From an uncultured Verrucomicrobiae bacterium (GTDB lineage: Bacteria; Chlamydiota; Chlamydiia; Chlamydiales; Rhabdochlamydiaceae): 64,000 nt of DNA. A program made the position numbers and the translations under genes. Below the pieces are notes generated by a model that saw only the letters and a list, made by a program, of their open reading frames with translations, did no database searches and was not told the origin of the DNA. Positions 38,960-49,167 of the stretch are shown here, piece after piece; within the stretch, counting starts at the first letter, position 1; the number at the start of each line of letters is the position of its first letter. Where the stretch lies: the NCBI GenBank assembly GCA_963731265.1, contig CAVSUE010000002.1, positions 224,001 through 288,000 on the forward strand, read 5' to 3'.

Positions 38960-39985
38960 GTGATGGGAAGATTTTTAACTCTATTTTTATTCATTCCGAT
39001 ATTTCTTTTGGGGGGTGGCTTTGACGAACATATCGCTAAAGATGAAGAATCCCTGCAACATATCCGGACGCCTGAGGACAGGAGGTTAATGGGATTTTAT
39101 TCTGCCTTGTTCGACATGGCGGAAAAGAGAAACAACCCAGCGGGAGAGATTCCGAAGACGCTGCATTTTATTTGGTTGGGGCCGAGGCCATTTCCAGAAA
39201 AATCCACGGCATCTGTGAAGGAATGGATCGATCTTCATCCCGGTTGGAAGATCAAATTTTGGACTGATCTTGGTGCGTATGTTCCCGATGATCGGATGGA
39301 GGTGCATTCCTTCGATCAATTTCCTTTGCAGGAGCTTAAGGAGTGCTATCACAAGAGCGACAATTTTGGAGAGCGGTCGCAGCTTTTGCGCTACGCCGTT
39401 TTGCTCGAGGAGGGAGGCATCTACATCGATCACGATATGTGCTGTTTAAAGCCGCTCGCCGTTTTGCAGCAAAGTTATGACTTTTTTTGCGGGATGGATC
39501 TGATCGGACAGACGGTGTTGAGCTCTTCATTGAATCCTTCTCCTCACCTCCTCGCATCAACGCCTCAGCATCCCATTCTAAAAGCGGGAAAAAAATGGCT
39601 CATGGGTCAATGGGACTCTTTGGAAAATCAATATCCCGGTTCAGATCCCTCTTCCGTTCATAACCGCGTGCAGCACCGCGGCTTTAAAGCGCTCGGCGTG
39701 GGGATCAAAGAGGCGCACAATCGCTTGGGCCGCAGGGATGCCGTTTTTCCTCCTGATTTTTTCAGCCTTTCCGAAAGGAAGAGCGCGGTGTATGCAGTGC
39801 ACCGGCATCAGGGGACCTGGTACAAGGCTGACCCCTCTCGTGAAGAAAAGCGATTGTTCAAGAATGTTAAAAAGGAATCTTCCCATACTTTTGTTCTCGG
39901 ACTTTCCTTAGCTGCTGTGAATGTGGGAATGGCGGCTTTTTTGCTTTACCCTCTTTTGCGCAAGAAAAAAGGTAATAAATCATGA
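38960..39985 (+). CDS. GT32-like (DXD sugar-binding) glycosyltransferase, signal peptide + C-terminal TM
   Basis: IPKTLHFIWLG, RYAVLLEEGGIYIDHD. Confidence 0.8.
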   Translation: MMGRFLTLFLFIPIFLLGGGFDEHIAKDEESLQHIRTPEDRRLMGFYSALFDMAEKRNNPAGEIPKTLHFIWLGPRPFPEKSTASVKEWIDLHPGWKIKFWTDLGAYVPDDRMEVHSFDQFPLQELKECYHKSDNFGERSQLLRYAVLLEEGGIYIDHDMCCLKPLAVLQQSYDFFCGMDLIGQTVLSSSLNPSPHLLASTPQHPILKAGKKWLMGQWDSLENQYPGSDPSSVHNRVQHRGFKALGVGIKEAHNRLGRRDAVFPPDFFSLSERKSAVYAVHRHQGTWYKADPSREEKRLFKNVKKESSHTFVLGLSLAAVNVGMAAFLLYPLLRKKKGNKS

Positions 39986-40971
39986 GATGGTTTTTCATAT
40001 TTCTTATTTTCGCCGGCCATGCGTTTGCGAAACAAAACCCAATAGATGAACACGAGTTTGAGATGTTGATGGGAGGAGAGGCTTCGGATTCGAATTATAC
40101 CTCAACGGCCAAGGACTTCGAATTGTTGGAGCAATCGAAGGCTCTTTTTCAAAAACATAAAATGGCGCAGTATCTGCAAAAGGGAGGTTATAAAATTCCT
40201 CCGGTTGTGCATTTCATCTGGCTGGGGCCTCGCGCTTTTCCTCCGGAATCTGTGGAAAATGTTCGTTCGTGGATCGCGACACATCCTGCGTGGACAGTCA
40301 AATTTTGGACAGACAGAGACCGGGATCCTCCTTGTGAAGGAATGGAAAAAAATCTTGTCAAAAATTTTGCCTTTATCAAATTGGGAAGATGCTTCGAGCT
40401 TTCTCAAAATTGGGAAGTAAAATCCGATTTGCTCAGCTATGAAATTTTATTTCAGCAAGGCGGGCTGTACGTTGACCATGATGCGGAATGCCTGAGGTCG
40501 TTCAACAGCATGCACCACGGCTATGATTTTTTCTGCGCATTGGAATCTCCGCATGAGCCGGTTGCGGGCAGAGGTGTGACATGCGGCAATGGAGTATTGG
40601 GTTCCCGGCCTCGTCATCCAGTGATGGCTAAAGTGATCGATTTAATTGTGGAACGGTGGGATATTGCTTATTCTCCCCCGGAAGCGATGCTGCAGCCCTC
40701 TTACATCGCCATGACGGAGGCTGTCGAAAAAGCCATTGATAGCGAAGGCAACACCGATATCATCTTCCCAGCGGCTTATTTCTTCGCCAAATCCGGAATG
40801 CCTCCCCTTTATACACGACAATTCTTTGGAATAAACAAGGCGGATAGGAAAGAACATTCACTGGGCAAAATCAGAAAGAAAAATCGGAGTATTTTATTCG
40901 TGCTTGCAGGCCTTGTGATTTTGAATGGATCTATTTTAGGCGTTAGATTCTATAAGAGGAAAAAAACATGA
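39982..40971 (+). CDS. GT32-like glycosyltransferase paralog 2
   Basis: IPPVVHFIWLG, YEILFQQGGLYVDHD. Confidence 0.8.
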   Translation: MRWFFIFLIFAGHAFAKQNPIDEHEFEMLMGGEASDSNYTSTAKDFELLEQSKALFQKHKMAQYLQKGGYKIPPVVHFIWLGPRAFPPESVENVRSWIATHPAWTVKFWTDRDRDPPCEGMEKNLVKNFAFIKLGRCFELSQNWEVKSDLLSYEILFQQGGLYVDHDAECLRSFNSMHHGYDFFCALESPHEPVAGRGVTCGNGVLGSRPRHPVMAKVIDLIVERWDIAYSPPEAMLQPSYIAMTEAVEKAIDSEGNTDIIFPAAYFFAKSGMPPLYTRQFFGINKADRKEHSLGKIRKKNRSILFVLAGLVILNGSILGVRFYKRKKT

Positions 40972-42044
40972 CCAAGTGCTGGCTGATCTTACTTATTGCC
41001 TGCTTGTGTTCGAGCGGTTGCCAAAAAAAGAAAGAAATTGCGCATCCCACTTCCGATGACTTTGAAAGTCTGTCGGGTAAAAATCTGCCGACCTGGGAAT
41101 ATGTGCAAACCAAAGAAGATTTCGAGCATTTGCATCTCTATCAACGACTCTATGAATTGAAAAAAGGGTTAGTCAGAGCGACGGAAGAGGGAATGGCACG
41201 CGTTCCCAAAGTTGTCCATTTTATTTGGATTGGGCCGCGTCAATTTCCTCGGGAGTCTGTACAAAATGTTCGGACTTGGATGGCAAAACATCCGGATTGG
41301 ACGTTTTGTTTTTGGACGGATAGACAAAGGCCGCTCCCTTGCCCCGGGATGCAGCTGCGCATGATCCAGGATGTGGAATTTTTAAAACTTAAAAACTGCT
41401 TCGCAAAATCGGACAATTACGCCGAAAAATCGGATCTGCTGCGTTATGAGATTTTGTACCGCGAGGGAGGCATTTACGTCGATCACGATGTCAAATGTTT
41501 CAAAGCCTTTGATCAGTTGAGTGAGGCGTATGACTTTTTTTGCGGGATCGATATGCCTCACACAAGCTGCCTTCCCACCTGCATTCATCCGACAAATAAT
41601 TTAATTGGGATCAAGCCCGGCCATCCGATTTTATTGCGCTGCATGGAAATGCTCGCAGACAAGTGGGACCAGGTGGAACAAGACTATCCGGGGACGGACC
41701 GCGACTCAATGCTCACCCGAGTTCTGCATCGAACCTTTTGGCTTTTCGGCGAGGCGATCAAGCAAATGGTAAACCAAGGTGGCAATCGCGATATTGTCTT
41801 CCCCGCCTATTATTTTGACGCCCCGAAAGATGAGCTGGCGATCTATGCGCGGCATCTCTACGCCGGGGTTTGGCATGATAAAGAATCCCCTTTCGAGAAA
41901 ATGGTGAGACAGAGGCTGATGATTCTCAGTAAAAAAAGTAATAAAATGCTTCTTTTTTTCGGTGTGACTTCTATGCTTAATCTATTGGGGTTAATTATTC
42001 TTTTTGTTACTCTCAGAAGAGTAATTGCGAAGGCTAGATCTTGA
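40968..42044 (+). CDS. GT32-like glycosyltransferase paralog 3 (possible lipoprotein)
   Basis: VPKVVHFIWIG, SDLLRYEILYREGGIYVDHD; lipobox-like SSGC. Confidence 0.8.
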   Translation: MTKCWLILLIACLCSSGCQKKKEIAHPTSDDFESLSGKNLPTWEYVQTKEDFEHLHLYQRLYELKKGLVRATEEGMARVPKVVHFIWIGPRQFPRESVQNVRTWMAKHPDWTFCFWTDRQRPLPCPGMQLRMIQDVEFLKLKNCFAKSDNYAEKSDLLRYEILYREGGIYVDHDVKCFKAFDQLSEAYDFFCGIDMPHTSCLPTCIHPTNNLIGIKPGHPILLRCMEMLADKWDQVEQDYPGTDRDSMLTRVLHRTFWLFGEAIKQMVNQGGNRDIVFPAYYFDAPKDELAIYARHLYAGVWHDKESPFEKMVRQRLMILSKKSNKMLLFFGVTSMLNLLGLIILFVTLRRVIAKARS

Positions 42045-42847
42045 ATGAAGAGTTAATAAAATTAAGTGAACAGGGATTATTCCCTGGTCCTCATGAACCT
42101 GACGAGCTTTTTTTTCTAAGAAGCCGAGCGGAGAAAAAGGCTCATTTTTGTCCTGCGGCTTTCGAAATTACAAAAAAACTTTTTCATTCCGTGCCGGACT
42201 GGGTAGAAATTCGGTATGGCCATCAAGGCCTGCGGCCCTGGGAAGGGGCAGCGGCCTGGATAGAAGAAGGCGGTCAGGCAGCGTCGGTGTCGATACAGAT
42301 TAAAAACAACCGCTTTACCCGTTTATATCCTCTTGAAGAAACTATTGCCCATGAAATGGTCCATGCGATGCGGGTAGCATTTGAAGAACCCCGTTTTGAA
42401 GAAATTTTGGCCTTTCTCACTTCCAAAAATCCCTTGCGCCGCTATTTCGGCCCTCTTTTTTCCCGTGCACGAGAATCTCTAGGATTTATTTTAGTGATGG
42501 CTGTTTCTTGGCTATGCTGCCTATCGGAGATGTTTTTCGATATTTCTCTGGGAGCAAACTATTTGTTATGGTCGCCAGTGGCCGTTTTGGGTCTAGGATT
42601 GGTCCGATTGGTACGTTCACAAAGGATATTTTCCTGCGTCTTGAAACAATTGGAAAAAATAGTAGCCGGCCATACTCTTGCTGTTGCTCTCCGTCTCACC
42701 GACAGAGAAATCGAATACTTTGCCAAGTGTTCTCCAAGCGAGATCCTTTCTTTCGCTGCAAAGGAGAAAGAAAAAAGCTTGCGTTGGCGACAACTATATT
42801 GTGCTTTCTTCCCACTTTCTGCGATTGGCAGCAGGGGCGATCTTTAA
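42041..42847 (+). CDS. Hypothetical membrane protein with HExxH motif
   Basis: AHEMVHAMR...FEE; two TM segments. Confidence 0.6.
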   Translation: MNEELIKLSEQGLFPGPHEPDELFFLRSRAEKKAHFCPAAFEITKKLFHSVPDWVEIRYGHQGLRPWEGAAAWIEEGGQAASVSIQIKNNRFTRLYPLEETIAHEMVHAMRVAFEEPRFEEILAFLTSKNPLRRYFGPLFSRARESLGFILVMAVSWLCCLSEMFFDISLGANYLLWSPVAVLGLGLVRLVRSQRIFSCVLKQLEKIVAGHTLAVALRLTDREIEYFAKCSPSEILSFAAKEKEKSLRWRQLYCAFFPLSAIGSRGDL

Positions 42848-44164
42848 AGCGTTGCGGTATTTTGAGACTGTGCGTCTTGCACAGGGGATCCCTAAGGATT
42901 GGAATTGACGGGCGATCTCGTCATCGGAAAGAGGGTTGATCTTGTCTTCATTTTCAATGGTTCGGGCGAGCATTTTCCGTACATTGTGCTTAGAGATCTT
43001 TCTGCCGTTGGGGGTATGAATCGCCTGACTGAAGAAGGTTTTCATGGGAAAAAGCCCCTGAGGGCAGGCGGCATACTTGTTGGAAATCGCGCGGGTGATT
43101 GTCGATTCATGCAGACTGAGTTCGGTCGCCGCTTCTTGAATTGTCATCGACGCAAAGCCTACTTTTTCTCCTTCAAAGAAATCGATTTGCCGTTTAAGAA
43201 CAAACTCTCCTATCCGACGCAGTGTTTCATTGCGCCGTTTGATAATCTTTCCTAGCCAACGTCCGCTAACCAGATGGCGCCTAATGTACGAAGCCTCCTC
43301 ATTTTGCAATGAGGCATCTTTAAGCGCCTGCTGATAAATGGGAACGACTTGAAAGCGCGGGAGCAAAGTAGTGTTGATCTCGATGTGCCATTTTCCTTCC
43401 AGGCACACAAAATGCAAGTCGGGGATAAGAGGTGCGGCTGAAGAGTTGAAAAATTGATATCCTGGATATAAATCGAGCGGCGCGATTTCTCTTTTAATCA
43501 CCCTGAGCAGGTGAGGCATGGGGATCTTAAGCTTTTGCGCAATACGCGGCAATCGATTGTGGACCAGATCATCGAATGCATGTGCGATGATGGCGGCTGC
43601 TTTACCGCCGCCTTTCCCCTTTATCTTGAGTTGCAGCAAAAGGCATTCCTGAAGATTTCTAGCGGCGATTCCTGGGGGATCGAAGGATTGGATTTGCAAG
43701 AGGACGTTTTGTTTGATTTCCAAAGGGATGGAGGGCTCGATCTCGGAGAGCGCCGTTTCTAAAAAGCCTTTTTCATTGAGATTGCCGATGATCAATTCTG
43801 CCAGCCGCGCCTTTTCTGGATCTGCGATGGCCAAGGAGATTTGTCTTGTCAGATACTCATAAAGGGAAATTGGGGCCGTTAGTAGGTTTTCTTGATGGGT
43901 CCTCCGCCTTTGGTCCATCAATTCTAGAGATCTATTGCGCAGGGGCTTTCGCTCGAAATCATCCAGGTTTACTTTCTGCTCCTCTTGAGCGAAGTCGATT
44001 TCCAAAATGGGATTGGCTTCGATTTCCATTTTCAGCCATTCGGACAATTCCAATACAGGAAGTTGGAGGACATGAAAAGCTTGCCTCATCGCTAAATTTA
44101 TCAATAACTGTTGTTGTTGTTTTAATGAAGCTTGATTTTCTTGTATTAACGACAAGGGACACAT
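42794..44164 (-). CDS. rpoN: RNA polymerase sigma-54 factor
   Basis: Gln-rich region I, FDPPGIAARNLQECL, LHESTITRA, RpoN box ARRTVSKYR. Confidence 0.95.
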   Translation of the reverse strand: MCPLSLIQENQASLKQQQQLLINLAMRQAFHVLQLPVLELSEWLKMEIEANPILEIDFAQEEQKVNLDDFERKPLRNRSLELMDQRRRTHQENLLTAPISLYEYLTRQISLAIADPEKARLAELIIGNLNEKGFLETALSEIEPSIPLEIKQNVLLQIQSFDPPGIAARNLQECLLLQLKIKGKGGGKAAAIIAHAFDDLVHNRLPRIAQKLKIPMPHLLRVIKREIAPLDLYPGYQFFNSSAAPLIPDLHFVCLEGKWHIEINTTLLPRFQVVPIYQQALKDASLQNEEASYIRRHLVSGRWLGKIIKRRNETLRRIGEFVLKRQIDFFEGEKVGFASMTIQEAATELSLHESTITRAISNKYAACPQGLFPMKTFFSQAIHTPNGRKISKHNVRKMLARTIENEDKINPLSDDEIARQFQSLGIPCARRTVSKYRNALKIAPAANRRKWEESTI

Positions 44165-44251
44165 AATGTATTTCTCTTTATTTTCATGAATACATTTAAT
44201 AATCAATTTTGTCTATTCGCGTTTTAGTTAAAACAAAATGTAAAGCTGCTT

Positions 44252-44282
44252 TATACCCAAATTTTGAGTCAACTTGGGTATA
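44252..44282. repeat. Minimal hairpin with TATACCC...GGGTATA ends
   Basis: TATACCCAA (44252-60) / TTGGGTATA (44274-82). Confidence 0.5.
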
Positions 44283-44318
44283 CAGCAATTAAAGCATTGA
44301 ATATCCTTGTGAACACTT

Positions 44319-45314
44319 ATGAAACGTTATGCAGTATTCAGCTGTTTGGGGCTTGGCGACGGATTGATCGCTTTGGTGCTTTCTAATAATCTTCATCTTA
44401 ACGGCGGGGAGGTGACCACCTTTCATCCCTTCCTAGGCCAGCTTCAACCGTGGTTTCCCCATCTCTCTTTGCGGAAATTTCCTGTCCCGGAAGAAATGGA
44501 TTCCTTGTTGTCTTGTTACGACCGCTTCTTCATCATTTTGGAAAAGTCGCCATGGATGCAAGCCATTTTAGCCCATTGCCAACAGCATTATCCTGAGAGA
44601 ACAACCGTTCTTAATCCCATCGCGACCGCAAACCGCGACTACCCTTTTTGGGAACAGGGGCGTTTTGATGGCACTCGCTCTTTTGTGGAAAATCTCTATA
44701 CCTTCTGCAAAGACGTTCTTAAGTTTACTGTCGTCACAAAGTCCAACGGGATCGTCATTCCGGACGGAATCAAGCCGCGAAAATTTGAAAAAAGGGTCAT
44801 TATTCATCCCACAAGTTCAAGGGAGGGAAAGAATTGGCCTCGGGAAAAATATATCCAACTTGCCCTGGAACTTCAGCGAAGAGATTTTTCCCCTTCCTTG
44901 ATATTGACGCCGGAAGAACGTAGGAATTGGGATGTCGAGAAACTCGATGCGCCTTTATTTTCGACTCAGATGGAAATGGCCGCGTTTGTTTCCGAATCGG
45001 GATACATGATCGGCAATGACTCGGGAATAGGGCATCTCGCCTCTTGCTTTGGATTGCTGACAATCACAATTTGCCGGAGCGAACAGAACGCAAGATTCTG
45101 GCGCCCGGGTTGGTCATTAGGCAAAGTGATCGCTCCTTCCCCATGGATTCCCAACCTGAAAGGATTGCGGCTAAGAGACCGGTATTGGAAAAAGTGGATC
45201 TCCGTGCGCAATGTGATGGATCAATTTAATCATCTTGTGGAGGCCAGGGCACATTCACGTTTTTCACGATTTGAGCAAGGTAGCTTCCATTCCGACTCAT
45301 CGTCTTACCCGTGA
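44319..45314 (+). CDS. Glycosyltransferase family 9 (heptosyltransferase-like)
   Basis: GLGDGLI, IIHPTS..KNWP, IGNDSGIGHLA. Confidence 0.85.
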   Translation: MKRYAVFSCLGLGDGLIALVLSNNLHLNGGEVTTFHPFLGQLQPWFPHLSLRKFPVPEEMDSLLSCYDRFFIILEKSPWMQAILAHCQQHYPERTTVLNPIATANRDYPFWEQGRFDGTRSFVENLYTFCKDVLKFTVVTKSNGIVIPDGIKPRKFEKRVIIHPTSSREGKNWPREKYIQLALELQRRDFSPSLILTPEERRNWDVEKLDAPLFSTQMEMAAFVSESGYMIGNDSGIGHLASCFGLLTITICRSEQNARFWRPGWSLGKVIAPSPWIPNLKGLRLRDRYWKKWISVRNVMDQFNHLVEARAHSRFSRFEQGSFHSDSSSYP

Positions 45315-46758
45315 AGGCCTGCGTGGTCGATGTTCCGGCGGAATTGGTCACCGTCAATGTGACGGGGTATGTTCCTGGGGTTCCAAACTCATGCGTCACA
45401 AAAGGACTCGTTGTTGTCACAGGAGAACTTTCAAAAAGCCAGGTATAGGTTGTGATCTCTCCCATGGGAGTAATCGACGAAGATGCATCGAAATTGTAAG
45501 TTAAAAATCCATCAGCGCTCGTCGCTTGAAAATTAGCAATAGGAGATTGGTCGGGTGTGATCACAATCCCCGAAAGGAAGGGATCGATGGGTTCTGTTGT
45601 TACAACCTCAAAGGTCATTAAATCGATGATTGTCATTGTTCCATCTGTCGCATTGGAGACATATCCCATCTTTCCATCCGGGGCAACAGCTATCGACACG
45701 GGTCCGTTTCCAACAGGAATGGTCGTATGTGGATCATGACACACTCTGAGTACGCTGACAGTATTGTCTTCAAAATTAGCGACATAGGCTTCGCTTCCAT
45801 TGGGATTAACAGCGAGGGCGGAAGGTTGACGGCCTACGGGAAATTTATTCAAAATGATATTATAACTAGTTTCCAGGACGTAGCAGTGGTCATGTGTAGT
45901 CACGTAAAGGTAATTGCCCGAGGGGTCTACGCCCAGAGCATAAGGGTTATCCATAGGAATCGAAGTGGTGACATGGTTTAGCTTCAAATCGACAACGGAG
46001 ATGCGATGGTTATTTTCATGTGTAATGTAAGCTTTGAGGCCGTCCGGGGTGATTGCCAATTGAGATGCGTTGTAAGGCAAAGTGAGCTCAAAGGCGATTG
46101 TATTGTTATTGAGATTGATTTCGGATAACTTGTTGCCGTAAATGACATATCCGCTTTTGCCGGAAGGACTAATGGCGATGTCCATGATCTGATTTGCATA
46201 AGGGATTTCAGCGATCATCAGGTTTTTAGGGATATCTACGACGATGAGACTATAGTCTGAGGTGCCATACGCGTTAGCAACGTAAAGCCTCGAATTAGTG
46301 GGATAAATTGCCAAATTGTAAGTGGAACCGTTTAAGGGAATGTTTGGAGGGGGCGAAATCCCTTGAGAAAGACTGTAAGGAATAATGGCACCGCCCATAT
46401 TGGCAGCGATCCGGCTAAAATAAGCTAACGAGCCTCCCCCAGTGAAAACATATTTGTTTTGATAAGAAATGTAGGATGTTGTTTGTCCATTACTGACTTT
46501 CACGTGCACAAGTCCCGCTGGTCCTATAGGAATAGGCGCTTTTGCGACTAGTGAAGTATCCGAAATGATTTGGAAATGGGGCGATTTTACGCTTCCAAAT
46601 AAAACCTCTGCGACCGTGGTAAAGCCAGTTCCGCTCAGTGTTACGGACCCTGCATCGTCAATCCCTCCCGTGGAGGGCGTGACTGAAGTCACAGTCAATG
46701 CCCCGAAAACAGAAGAAAGAATCAGGATAAAAGTCGCTGTTAGGATATTTTTTTTCAC
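45226..46758 (-). CDS. Exported IPT/TIG + YVTN beta-propeller + PKD domain protein
   Basis: Signal peptide; VTSVTPSTG (IPT); AYVANFEDNTVSV, IPVGNGP repeats; FDASSS...TYTW...HEFGTPGTYPVTLTVTN (PKD). Confidence 0.85.
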   Translation of the reverse strand: MKKNILTATFILILSSVFGALTVTSVTPSTGGIDDAGSVTLSGTGFTTVAEVLFGSVKSPHFQIISDTSLVAKAPIPIGPAGLVHVKVSNGQTTSYISYQNKYVFTGGGSLAYFSRIAANMGGAIIPYSLSQGISPPPNIPLNGSTYNLAIYPTNSRLYVANAYGTSDYSLIVVDIPKNLMIAEIPYANQIMDIAISPSGKSGYVIYGNKLSEINLNNNTIAFELTLPYNASQLAITPDGLKAYITHENNHRISVVDLKLNHVTTSIPMDNPYALGVDPSGNYLYVTTHDHCYVLETSYNIILNKFPVGRQPSALAVNPNGSEAYVANFEDNTVSVLRVCHDPHTTIPVGNGPVSIAVAPDGKMGYVSNATDGTMTIIDLMTFEVVTTEPIDPFLSGIVITPDQSPIANFQATSADGFLTYNFDASSSITPMGEITTYTWLFESSPVTTTSPFVTHEFGTPGTYPVTLTVTNSAGTSTTQAFTGKTMSRNGSYLAQIVKNVNVPWPPQDD

Positions 46759-46760
46759 AC

Positions 46761-48866
46761 CTACTCCTTTGTTAACCGTGCAAATTTAGCAACGAGGGAC
46801 CGCATCGTGTTCGCTTTAGGGAAAAAGACATCATAGGTCAGCCCTAAGGAGGTGCGGTAGCTTTTTCGGACGACCCCTGTTCCAAAATCGCGATGGGAGA
46901 CTGCATCTCCCGGCTCGAAAGTTTCCTCTTCCTGATCGTATTCGATATTATCCCGCTGTGAAACCTTGAGAGCCTGCGATTGAAAAAAATGTTCGGGGAT
47001 TTCTTTGAGAAAGCGACTTGGCCGCATCATCCGCGGTATTCCCCATAAGTAACGGAATCGGGATGCCGAGAGAAATAAATATTCCTTGGCGCGCGTCATG
47101 CCGACATAGCAAAGACGGCGTTCTTCTTCCAACGACTCCTGACTTTCCATGGCATTGACATGAGGAAAGAGCTCTTCTTCCATCCCGACAAGAAAGACAC
47201 CGGCAAATTCGAGTCCTTTGCTGTTGTGCAAAGTCATCATGCGCACATGCGCTCCGGACGGATCTTTCTCATCGGCGCTGGATTTCAACGTCAACTCTTC
47301 TAAAAATGCGGCCAGGGAAGGATGTTCCACTTCTTCCGCCCATTCTGCAGCCTTGGAAACGAGCTCTTCAATATTGCCGCGCCTTTCTTCGTAAGTTTCA
47401 GGATCATCGCGCAAGTACTCGAGATACCGTGAACGCTCCAACGCCTCCGCAATGAGCTCATGCAAGGGGCGTCCCTGTTTGGCCATTTCTCTTAAGCCGG
47501 AGACGATGCGAACATACTCTTTGAGCCCTTCATGTTGTTTTTGCGATAGTTTAAAATTAACCCGCCCTTCTGCAATTTCCTGGCATGCATCAAAAATATT
47601 CGTTTGTAGGCCTTGGGCAAAATCACGGAGCTTATCTAGGGTGGCTTCTCCTAATCCCCGCTTGGGGAGGTTGATCGTGCGTACAAAAGCAAGATAGTCC
47701 GTGCCGGATTGGACGATGCGGAGCCAGGCTAGAACGTCCTTGATCTCGCGCCTCTGATAGAAAGACAGCCCTCCGACGATGACATAAGGGATGCGTTCTT
47801 TAAGAAGATGGTCTTCAAAGATGCGCGACTGGAAGTTGGTGCGGTAAAAGATCGCACAATCGTTAAATGAGACGCCTTTGTCACGGTGGAGTTTGTAAAG
47901 CTGCCCGACCACAAAGTCCGCTTCCCCATGATCGTTCTCGGCGATATAAAGTCCGATCTTTTGTCCTTCGCCGCGGTCGCTCCACAGATTCTTTTCGTAG
48001 CGGCTTGCATTTTTCTTGATTAGCGCGTTTGCCGCTTCCAAAATGTTGCTGCGGCTGCGGTAGTTTTGCTCAAGGGCAATCACCTTGGCCCCGGGAAAAT
48101 CCTGCTCGAAGTTCAAAATATTATGAATGTTAGCCCCTCTCCACGAATAAATCGATTGATCGGGGTCTCCGACGGCGAAGACATTTTTATGCTGTTCCGC
48201 CAGCAGCTTCGTGATCGTGTATTGGGCGGCATTCGTATCCTGATACTCATCGATCAGGATGAAAGACCACCGTTTTTGGTACTGTTCGAGAATTTCAGGG
48301 TTTTTCTGGAAAAGCTTCACAGTTAAGAAGAGTAGATCATCGAAATCGAGGGCGTTATATTCCTTCAATTTCTTTTGATAGAGCTCGTAGACCTCTTGGA
48401 AAGCTTTTTCCTCTTTGGAAAGCTGATACGGTTCGACGAGCGCATTTTTCGCCTGGGAGATCTGAGAGCGGAAACTTCTGAGGTCTCCTTTTTCCTCTTT
48501 CATTTGTAACGCTGCAAAACACTCTTTGAGCACTTTTTCACTATCTTCGTCGTCATAAATGACGAAGTCTCGGGAATAGGTCAATGCCGTTATCGATTCC
48601 CGCAATATCCGCGCGCACAGGCTGTGAAAAGTGCAGGTCAAGACAGATCGATGCGTCAGGTGCAAAATCCGGTGGCGCATCTCCGCAGAGGCCTTATTGG
48701 TAAAAGTGACTGCTAAAATTTCTGTGGAAGGTACTCCCAATTTCAATAAATGAGCGACCCGAAAAGTGACAATCCGCGTCTTGCCAGACCCTGCTCCCGC
48801 AAGGACGAGAAGCGGCCCTTCGACGTGATCGACTGCGACTTGCTGTTGAGGATTAAGTGTTTCCAT
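46761..48866 (-). CDS. uvrD: ATP-dependent DNA helicase UvrD/PcrA
   Basis: AGAGSGKT, IDEYQDTN, VGDPDQSIY, QNYRS, TLHNSKGLEF, EERRLCYVGMTRA. Confidence 0.96.
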   Translation of the reverse strand: METLNPQQQVAVDHVEGPLLVLAGAGSGKTRIVTFRVAHLLKLGVPSTEILAVTFTNKASAEMRHRILHLTHRSVLTCTFHSLCARILRESITALTYSRDFVIYDDEDSEKVLKECFAALQMKEEKGDLRSFRSQISQAKNALVEPYQLSKEEKAFQEVYELYQKKLKEYNALDFDDLLFLTVKLFQKNPEILEQYQKRWSFILIDEYQDTNAAQYTITKLLAEQHKNVFAVGDPDQSIYSWRGANIHNILNFEQDFPGAKVIALEQNYRSRSNILEAANALIKKNASRYEKNLWSDRGEGQKIGLYIAENDHGEADFVVGQLYKLHRDKGVSFNDCAIFYRTNFQSRIFEDHLLKERIPYVIVGGLSFYQRREIKDVLAWLRIVQSGTDYLAFVRTINLPKRGLGEATLDKLRDFAQGLQTNIFDACQEIAEGRVNFKLSQKQHEGLKEYVRIVSGLREMAKQGRPLHELIAEALERSRYLEYLRDDPETYEERRGNIEELVSKAAEWAEEVEHPSLAAFLEELTLKSSADEKDPSGAHVRMMTLHNSKGLEFAGVFLVGMEEELFPHVNAMESQESLEEERRLCYVGMTRAKEYLFLSASRFRYLWGIPRMMRPSRFLKEIPEHFFQSQALKVSQRDNIEYDQEEETFEPGDAVSHRDFGTGVVRKSYRTSLGLTYDVFFPKANTMRSLVAKFARLTKE

Positions 48867-49167
48867 AGGTCAGGTGTAAAAATTCCACCCATCATAAAGC
48901 TTTTGAATTTTTATACACAGAGGGATTCAAAATTTGGCCAAGGACAATGTCGGCGCTTCAGATTTGCTGAAGGCGCAGCCGATGAACATTAATCGAAAGA
49001 TCAGAGGGATTTTTTAGTTTTCTTGTTTGACTTTCTTCGTTTGAGACAGAGCAGAATGATTTGGACGACGGATGTGGCGATCATATGTGGATGAGTTTCC
49101 TTGTTCATGGAGATAATCCGGACGTTACATAAAAAGTATGATTTTTAAAAATAATATTTTACGCAAA

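Noticed and set aside
48946..49108. 35-aa minus-strand ORF (49001-49108, MNKETHPH...KKSL) and adjacent hairpin 48946-48990
   Set aside because: No RBS or recognisable family; the hairpin may simply be a terminator
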